Shown: positions 28,251 to 38,557 of the stretch, in pieces
Numbering within the stretch: the stretch's first letter is position 1
Layout: the number at the start of each line of letters is the position of its first letter
DNA from: Chrysomallon squamiferum
Taxonomy: Eukaryota; Animalia; Mollusca
Length of the DNA stretch: 64,000 nt
Direction of reading: 5' to 3'
Assembly (NCBI GenBank): GCA_012295275.1
Contig: CM022666.1
Span: forward strand, 2,542,001 to 2,606,000
The notes under the pieces: generated by a model
Seen by the model: only the letters and a program-made list of their open reading frames with translations
Database searches by the model: none
What the model was told of the DNA's origin: nothing
Made by a program: the position numbers and the translations under genes

Positions 28251-29740
28251 TTTCTTCCTCCATTAAATCATTTATTTGTAATCCTCAAATAGCCACTGTC
28301 TGGATATATATATATATATCATGCTGATGGTAAATATAATGATCTTTTTTATTTTTTATTTTTATCTTTCATTTTACGGTTAAAAAGGTACTTAATAAAA
28401 TGTAGTAACTAAATATACTTGTTGGACACAACAGTTACAGCTAATAAGAAACGACAGAAATGAAAACTACGTTAAAATGACAGTCACCAGTGTAATTGAC
28501 TTAAATATCGAAAATACTGTTGACCGTCTTTTTAATGAACCTCGGTTTTCAGGATTTCGGAAAATCCGAACCAAATATGGAATAAACACAACATTTGAAC
28601 GTACCGCCATATTCCATTTGAAACCTTACCTCTACATACTATTAAGTTATTCTGAGTCTTACTATACGATCAGGGCAACCCTATCTCAATCCATTTTCCA
28701 TCAAGGTAAAAGTAAACTGCATAACCATCTTAACCTAGCAACCTAGGCTATATTTGTCTTTATATATACTGTGTAATATTTGTTTACTTTATTTTTATAT
28801 CTGTATATTATTGTTCTTTCATTATTATATTACTAAGTAAAATGCCTGTTATGTGTATTAAACTATAAAAGTTCAGTAGATTTTGCTGTTAATGTTTACA
28901 TTCGCGATTTCTCAGACTTTTGTTTTTTCCGAACCAGTACTCCTCACCTGTTTGAAAAATGGAGTAATCAGTTTCTTTTCTTTACTTTTCGTTTTGTATT
29001 TTTATTTTGAATTTATACCTATCTATATTTCAGTTAGTTTTCCATGATTCAAAATTGAAAATACATGCCGAAACTAACACTTAAAATTGTTAACATAAAA
29101 AATTGTAATCTGCGTTAAAAAATATTATAGATAAAAGCTGTGAGCAAACAAAATACTAGAAGGATGCATTCTGGTGAAGACTGTTAGTAATTATAATAAT
29201 TTATTTGTGAATTGCCTTAGTTACTGTCGCGTTTTACTGTATGAAAATCAAAAGATATATTATTTAACTGACATTAATATTATTTCTAAATTTAAAATGT
29301 TTACAAATCTCATACGTCCAACGTTTAACTGTACATTAATCTTTACTTTTATTAAGCTATACTGTACTAAAAAAAAATTTAATAATATTAAAAAATAAAT
29401 TAAAAATAATTAATATTTTCCCAGCAGAAAAAAAAAAAAGAAAAAAAGTAATTTCTAGCTGTATGAATTTTTATAAAATCTGGGTTCCAAAATTCATTGT
29501 AATACAAATTTTCTGAAATTTATCTTTTCTTTTAGGAAAAAGTTTTTTTTTTCCTGGGACATTCAATGGTAGAATATTGCAAACATTTTGACGAATCAAT
29601 CACTAATTTTAGCAGACGATATCTAACAATGCAACGAAAATTACGGAATATTCAAGAGTGACATGGTAATATCGCAATGTAAATGTGGGGAATATATGGT
29701 CCTTTTAGTTTTCTTTAAAATTTTGTAAATAAATAAATAA

Positions 29741-29820
29741 CAGTTTTGTTTTAACCATTGCACAATGTTTTAGTTATAATTATAAAACTATTAATCAAGA
29801 TTCATTAAAAAGATAAAACA
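29741..29820 (+). repeat. Interspersed ~80-bp repeat, copy 1 (copy 2 at 36855-36935)
   Basis: 33-nt identical core aactattaatcaagattcattaaaaagataaaa at 29786-29818 and 36901-36933, with similar upstream flank. Confidence 0.85.
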
Positions 29821-29833
29821 GCAAAAGATGATG

Positions 29834-29870
<37 letters not shown>

Positions 29871-30779
29871 GAGTAGTAAAAATAAATAAATAAATAAATA
29901 AAGAAGAACAGGAATGTTTTTTTTAACAAAGTTAATTTTACGATCATTAATACATTACCTATTGTCGGGAAACCGATGTTAAACATGCTCGAATTGGCAA
30001 TGGCAACAGTACTAAAATTACTGGTAGTACCTCGTGTAACGATAACTTTCATTTTAAATTAACATTGTTTTGAATTTTTTTATATGTAGCCCTTTAAGTT
30101 AATTTTTTCATAGCGATTTTCTGTTATATAACAAACATGATATACTTCAGTATTCAAATGATGTATAAAATCCTTAAGCAAGAGTTTCTTCATTAATATT
30201 TATTTTACGAAATAACCAAACATAAAAATACAGTATATAATAATGAAGTCATATCTTGTCTTTTTCTTGTATTCTTTCTTTCTTAGTTTTATTTTTACTT
30301 TGTTCTTCTTCTTCTTATTATTATTAAACTGTATACGGTGCTACTAATAGCAGTATAAATAAGGTTTGCTGCTTGTTTTGTTGTAAATGAACTTAAACAC
30401 TTTTAGATATTTATAATACATTTCATCCAGATTTTAAAACTTCACAAGAAATTTTTTTCACTGATTTGTAAAAACATAAATGATAATAAATTTATACACT
30501 GATGCGTTTTAATGATTATAATTGCACATAAAATGTATGAGAATTTTATTCATGCAGAAAATTGAATTTACGGCGATTTCGCTCGCGGTGAGATCGGTCT
30601 GTAACGAGATAATTTTTTGACAGACACCTCATGTACACATGACACTATATCTCGATTTTAATTAAATTTTGTGCTAATTAATTCGTCCAATGACACGAAT
30701 AACTGAAATAAAGTCGTATTTACTATCGTCGTTATTAATAATGTAAACAAAATATTATTATGGCGTTTATAGAAAGGGA

Positions 30780-30913
30780 GATAATCGTTATGTTTGTTTC
30801 ACTGAAGTCACATGACCATCGCCATTACCAAAGTGAAAAGATGTTTAGGAGTTGTTTTTCACTTTATATTTTCTTGTAAAAACGTAAAGTAGCAGTTTCC
30901 TTTATTTTCAGAG
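30780..30913 (+). promoter_or_regulatory. Candidate promoter / non-coding exon 1 of the RNF13-like gene
   Basis: CpG-containing region; GTCACATGAC (M-box/CLEAR-like) at 30807-30816; CGCCATT at 30820; donor GAG|gtaata at 30913/30914. The first coding exon begins at an acceptor (31857), so an upstream exon is required. Confidence 0.45.
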
Positions 30914-31594
30914 GTAATATACAGTTGACCACTTTACGTTTAGCAACGATATTAGTTAAAAGGACTGTTGTTTATTGTCACTGTCACTTATTATTGGATT
31001 TTTTCTAGGTTAAGATAGATACGGATGTTGACAAATTATATTTAGTCCATTAACTTTGATGTGACGGAATTAAATTGCTGGTATTAATATCATAGTAAGA
31101 CAAGTTACTGCAGTCGGAAGCGGCACAATGTTGTTTTGGTTTTTTAACATTTAAAAGCAGAATAATATTATAAGATACAAATACAGTGACACAAAATATT
31201 TTTCCAAGATAAAAATGTCTTGTGTGTGATGTATGATTGTATCACATGCGATCAACATAAACTGATAAAGTTGTATTTATAGACACGTTATCACGTATAA
31301 TGATAAAATGAAAGAAAACCCATAACGTGTTTGGTGATATTATCTTGATAATAGTAAACAAATTGCCTTTTGATCACAATATTAAAATGGTACACAAAAT
31401 TTATTATATTTGTGTATATCTTCAACTTAGTTTTGTGACATGTACGCAAATATTACTTGTAATTTTTATTCTAATGATAAACAATAACAAGATTTTTCAA
31501 ATTTACATCATGACTAACATCAGTCACAAATGTGTTGATGGATCATTAAGTCACTCTTCATTATTATTTTTCTTCTGTTTATCTTCTTCCAGTC

Positions 31595-31628
<34 letters not shown>

Positions 31629-31859
31629 CATTAACACCATCTTTTTATATTTTTTTTGTTACAACTGATAATTAGAAAATATTATTTTTCAATATCTAAG
31701 AAATAAATAAATTTGCCCTCTTTCTTACAAAATCATTTATAATTACACATTCTTATTTCATTTTAAATTTTTTTTTTTTATTAATATTGTTATTCTTGGC
31801 AAATCATCATCATCGACTTAATCATCACTGTCTTTCTATTTATTTATTATTTACAGGAG

Positions 31860-31967
31860 ATGGTGACATTTAATCATGGACTAAAGCTCAATCGCATCTT
31901 GTCACTCTTCATTATGTTCAATTTTGCATTTCTCAACTTCGGATTTGCTTTTGGAAATATTATTGTG
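31860..31967 (+). CDS. RNF13: RNF13-like first coding exon (signal peptide)
   Basis: [36 protein letters not shown]; GTG|gtgagt. Confidence 0.85.
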
Positions 31968-34900
31968 GTGAGTTTGGATTAAGTTAACCATGTCATTAAC
32001 AGTAATTATGAAAAGTCTAAAAAAACATCTTTGGCATTTCCTGGGATTAAAAAATGTATGTCTATATATACATATATATATTTTATTATTATTATTATAT
32101 ATGACCCATTCTCAAAAGCTGAATTGTAGTGATGGTTCCTGCTTTACTATGTTAAAAATGAATCTACTTTAATCATATATATCCCAGGGTTTTTTTCCAC
32201 TGTGTTGTCTGCTTCAAAAAATTTCAGTATTTTATTATGTATTAGCAATCAGTAGCCTTGGGTAGTTAGCCTTTACTGGCACTGAGTAGTAGTCCCACAT
32301 AATGAGAAATGTATGCCTCTGTGTTTGTTAATTAACAAGTGTTTTTAATCTGGATTAATGTTGTCTTGTGCTAATCATTGGCTGTGATTGTTTGTCCTGA
32401 GGGCATCTCTAAAATTAAAACATGTCACCTTTATAAGAAATTAAATGCTGCTGCAGTTTATTTCTGAAATGTTCTATGAAAAAGATACCTAAACACTGCA
32501 AGAAAACTGGAACAGAGGGTAGAGGTCAATAAAAAGGTGAGAAAGGACAAACAAAATTACAGACAAACTGCTGAATGTTTTGCTTAGTCTGATGCTATTT
32601 GGCAAACAAAACAATTAACTCTGTGACAGAAAACAACAGAAATATTCATTTGTTCACATATAATAAAATTGAATGTAGCTGAATATTTTTTTTTTTTTTT
32701 TTAATTACGTTTTTGTGTTTGTATTTGGATCCTTAATAATTCCAATGCAAAAGTTCCTGCCACTTCAGTCAGCTAAAACATCTTCCAGTCAACACAGTGG
32801 GAAAAAAAAAAAAAAAAATATATAAATAAGATTTTGTTTTTAATATGTCTTCTTTAATCATCAGAAATGCAATTATTACATGTAGGAACCTTTAATTGCA
32901 GACATATCTGCACAGTAATGGTTCGATAGCTGAATTCCGAGACAGGGAGGCAGCCTTTGGTCCATCTCTTCCAGACGAAGGCATTACAGTAAGTGTGTCA
33001 TGTTGTGTTCTCGTTACTGTCAGGTTTACATCTTAACGGTGTCATGATTTATTCAAGCCTACCCAGTTTTGCAGCACATTTAACTTCCCTTGTTCAATGC
33101 AAACGTTGATAAATCTTTCATACGTAAATGTAAATTTATTAATGTCTTCATAGTGTTAAAAGTCTGGTTTTGGAGATAGTTTTAAAGTTTCACATTCACA
33201 GAATAAATAATATTTTTAAAGGTATATATTCACATAAGGAATAATAATTTAAAAGATACATTTTCACAGAATGTATAATAGTTTTAAAGATACATCTTCC
33301 CACATAATGAATAATAGTTTTAAAACACACACAATGAATAATGGTTTTAAACTCACACACACACATAATGAGTAATAGTTTTAAAGGTATACATTCACAG
33401 AATGAATACTGATTTTGATTCACTTGCATTCACTGTGAAAGTTGTTCTTGAAACAAATATGTGTAATTCATTTCAAACATATTTATTTATTTCTTGCAGG
33501 GGCAGGTTGTATATGTCAACCCTCACAGTGCCTGTAAAGAGGTGGATCCACCACCAGGAGGCGCCAACATCACCTGGATAGCAGTGATAGCAAGAGGAGA
33601 TAACTGTGATTTCTCAACAAAGGTTTGTTTTTGTTAATAAAATCGTAATCAGCTCTGAATACAGAGCATTGTTCTTTTTTTGGAGTCTGGATGAACTTGT
33701 TTAAAATCCCTTTGTACTGTTTTTTTTTTTTTAATTTATATATTTAATTTTTAAAATTTTTAAGAAATTTTTTTATTTATTAATAATTAATAACAAAAAT
33801 ACTGTCTTGGGCCAGTCTTAAAAATTATCATCACTGAATCTTTTTTAAGACATTTTCTCACAGACAAGGAAAGTAGAAAGAATGACAGTTATACAATAGA
33901 ATGCCTGAAGTTCAAACAAATTTAATAATAATAAGAAGAAGAATTAAATACTTGAGGATAAAAAGACTGAACCTATGTATCTCTGGACTAATTTATGCCA
34001 TTGAAAAATTTAGAATTATTTAATATCATCATTTAAGACTTAAGCCATTTATGATTGATACATTTCAGAAGCAACTTTAAACTTGAATTATTTAATTATA
34101 CATTTGTGCTTCAGAAATTAAACATATTCCACAACTGGGAAATAGATAATTATAAAATACAGTAATTTATGACTAGCAGTAAATAGCTTATGAATTTACT
34201 GTAATCCGCTAGTAAATAGCGATATTCAGATTATCATTATATTGTAAATTCAGTTACATTCAGAATATATTTTGTTACACTGCAAGTTCAAATATATTCC
34301 CTCATCATACTGTAAACTGAGTTACATTCAGACTGTCATAATGTAAGTTCAAATATATTCACTCATCATACTGTGACTTGAGTTACATTTAGACCTGTTA
34401 CACTGGAAGTTAAATTTTACATTCAGTCTTTTATTATGCTATGAATACAATTACGCTGACTGGATGTGTAATACATTTGAGTCAATCATGTTGTTTCAGG
34501 TTATAAATGTGCAGAAGTATTATACATTGGCGATAGTACATAATACATTTGGGGATGATTCCTTAGTTGAAATGGGTGGAGGAGGCAGTAAGTGGCACAT
34601 TGAATTTAGACACTTGAAAACTCAACACTGACTTAAAGTCCTTTGACCAGATAAATTTCAGATCCCCTTTTTCTTTAGTTTCAGCACGTTTCATTACATT
34701 AGTTTGCAGAATATGTATAAAACTTCTCGTGGCAGTTAATATTATTAATAGACTGAATTTTACATTTTCACATTGAATTGTTTTTGTGACTATAATAATA
34801 CATTAAAAAAAAAAAAATATTTTCGTAAATGTTTTTAGGTATTAGCACTGAGAAAATATATATATATATATATTATTTTTTTATAAATTTTTTTTTTACC

Positions 34901-37900
34901 TTTAATTTGTATTTCTTGTTAAAGGAATCTGTTGTTGTAATGTAAGTTAGACGAAATATTTCCGTATGAAAAAAAAAGCATTTACTGAAAATTATCTGGT
35001 CAGATTTGTTGTTTATGTCAGTGATGTGCTAACAAGTGTTGTGTTGTATTTAACCTGAGTTCTCTGTAAGCTGCCATTATGTTTTTCCTAGAATTTAATT
35101 CATGAAAACAAATTTCAGTTTTAAGCCTCTATTTTAGAAATTAATAGTGCATTTAGATTTTATTGTCTAATAGTCAATTAAACTATAATACGTTAACAAA
35201 TAAACAAAAATTACAGAAAATTTTTTTTTTTTTTTTTATTATTATTATTATTATTTTTTTTAATTCCGGTTGAATTTTAGGACAAATAAAATGGCAGCTT
35301 CCAGATAACCTTTTTTTTCCCTTGCTTCGAGGGATACTGAAAAAATACTTTTATTTTTTTTAATTCTTTTGAATCTTATTTTTCTAAAAATGTTTTACAT
35401 TTACAGATTTATAATGTACAGATTCAGGGTTTTGCTGTGGCTATTGTTAGAAATTACCCAGGTCATGAGGACCTAGTGCCCATGGGAGAAAGCTCCAGTA
35501 AGTTTTCTGAAACTAAAATAGTCTCTTTTTTTTCTTCTTCACTTGTGTTTCCATCTGTTATTTTTGGTGCTTTGAAGAAAATCTCTACCTTTGTGGCCAG
35601 AATAAATGGATTGTGGAAACTACAAGAAGTGGTGTTATCATTCTCACTTTTATTCACCGAGATTATAGTAATGGGGGAAAAAAAACCAGTATTTTTTTAA
35701 TTTGGTATTTTTAAGTATTATCTTTTGTAAGTTTAGAACAAGATAGAAAAGGATTTATTAATACTTTGGAATTTCTCCTGCATTTAAAACTTTTAATGAT
35801 ATTTACCACTCTGAAGTCTTTCAGCAGCATTTCTGAAAATCAGAGTTTCAACAATGGAACACCAGTATTTTTGTTTTGTAAAGAAATTTATTCTGCTTGT
35901 CAGATCAGAACTGCAAAAAGAAACAACATTTTTTATTTTGTATTTTAATGTTTTGCTTTTATTCAACAAAGTGGAACTCCGGAATTGTCCTATTCTGCTT
36001 TTTCAACTGTTTTCATTAACTGATTCTGGTAACTATGTGAGTATCAGCATTTTCTATTTTGGTACTGAAACTCATTCTCCATGATCAGATGAAAGATGTC
36101 TCAAGAGTTGCAGTATTTTGTAATGTGGTATTTTAGATGCTTTCATCGGCTTCAGTAAAAAAAAAAAAAAAAAATTAATTTGGTGTTTCATCTTTTGTTA
36201 ATCTGATTCACTCTTGGAAACAGAATTAAATATTTATTCTTGTGTTTTCAGTAGTTTTTAACCATTATTTTTTTATAAAAAAAAAAAAATAAAATAAAAA
36301 AAAAATTTTTTTTTGTATTTTCACAAGCTGGAATGTGGTATATAAAAATTATTATTAGCTTTAGTCTGGATGAAAAAAAGAAAAAAAGTATGTAAAAGTT
36401 AACAAAACAAATTTTTGTTTATTTATAAATTTATTTATTTCTTTATTTCTTTATTCATTTTAGAAAGTAAAATATAATAATAATAATAATAAAGCTGGAA
36501 CTTCTTACCCATGGGCGTATCCTTATCCTCATTTAACTTACTTAATACAAATATTTAACAATATCCTATATGAATATTCTTCTATATATATACTACTGAT
36601 AATAACACATTTTTAATTATTATTGGTACTAAATTGCTAATTTGTTGTTTGACAAATGTGGTTTTGGTGATTTTTCATTATTAACATTATTAAATTTTTA
36701 ACTTAAATATAGTATCATTGTTTCATTTCTTAGTAGTTTTATGTCCAGATTAATTTAATTTTTTTTTTAATTATTATTTATATTTGTTGTTGATTTTTTG
36801 TTTTAATCTATAGTTATATTGTTGTTATATAAGATAATATAATTTTAGTTGAGACGGTTTTTGTTTTAACTATTGCACAGTGTCTTAATTATAATGATCT
36901 AACTATTAATCAAGATTCATTAAAAAGATAAAATAACAAAAAATAATAATAGTAATAATAATAGTAATAATAATAGTAATAAGAAGAAGAATAAATGAAA
37001 TATTATCAAACAGTTGAAGTAAAAATAATAAATTACTAAAATATTTAAAGTGAATAAAAATTACAGAGATCCTGAGAAGAAATTTTATGTTTAAAAGTTT
37101 AAAACCCATAGCACTAGAAAGTTGCATTTTATTTCTAAAAAATATTCAGAGATTTACAAATTCTTAATTTCAGAGGGAGACAGAGTTCATATTCCATCTG
37201 TTTTTGTTGGATATACAGATGGAATGGATTTAGCCAACAAGTACAACTACACAAATAAGTATGTTTATAATTACATTTTCTTGACAAACATTAGTAGATG
37301 AATAAACCCATGTTTTCTTCTTTTTAAAATTTTTTTTCTATTTTTATTATTAAATATCATTTGTTTATTTTTTGTATATAAAATAATGATAAACAAAACA
37401 CAGTTTTTGTAAAAAGATAGGTGACACTTTTTTAAAACCCTTTCGGTACCATTGGTAAGATGTCTTGACATGTTACAACAGATATCTCAGCTTACAAGAA
37501 GACTGCCATCAGCAAAATATTTTTGATATATTAAAAGACTGCTGTTTGTGAGATATCTAGGTTAAGCCCTAATATTTCTTTTCTTTTTCTTTTCTGTGTG
37601 TTTTCTGTGCAGTATGGATACAAATGTGTACTTTTTCCAAAAATAAGACTGGTGCTAAGACATATACGCATATCACCACAGTTTGGTGCCAAACAGGTTA
37701 ATAAGCAACAAACAGTCTTTTAAATGTACTTTTCCATAGACAGAAAACCACATTTTAATAAACCAGTATCAAAAGTGGGGATGTAGGTTGGAACTGGAAA
37801 TATTCTAATGAACACACCAAGAAGAATAGATTTTGTATTTTGTAATCTTTTACCACCACACCATAGACCTTTCAAACTAATGAGAGAGAGAGAGAGAGAG

Positions 37901-38158
37901 AGAGAGTAATTAAAAAAAATAAGTTGTTACTGAGATAGCTTATATTGTTTTAATGAATGAAAAATGACGATGTTTCTTTTTTATTTTTCACAGAAGTGTG
38001 CTTGTCACAGTCACTCCTGGCATGGAGCCACCAAACTATGCTCCATATCTGTATCCATTTGTCATTGTCGTGGGAACCTGTTTCTGCCTGATGGTCATCT
38101 TTATGGTATGCTTTATTTTGAATTTTATGCTTCAGTATAGGCATGTGTATGTGTTCCA

Positions 38159-38190
<32 letters not shown>

Positions 38191-38499
38191 ACACAGTATT
38201 TAAGCATGCATGGAGAATTATCTTCATTTTACAGGAATTCACACATTCACACACATCCCTATAAACATTCACCAGCATCAAAAGATTCACAGATATACAT
38301 ATGTCCTTACGAACACATGCAGATTATACTGACAACAAGATATCAAAAACCTGTCAGTGAAATTTAATATTCAGAATATCAAATATAAACTTGCATACAT
38401 TTCCATTTCAGTTTTGTTTTGTTGCTGTATTTACTGTCATTATTATTACTGTTATTATTGTTATTATTACTATTACTATTACTATTACTACTACTATTA

Positions 38500-38557
<58 letters not shown>

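Noticed and set aside
28477-28746. 89-aa ORF in the divergent intergenic region (also 3383-3607 and 19650-19859)
   Set aside because: No homology recognised; these overlap promoter-like or repeat-like DNA.
35500-37170. Search for a third exon-5 variant
   Set aside because: No further NxQ...AIVxN...MG-like frame with splice sites was seen by eye.
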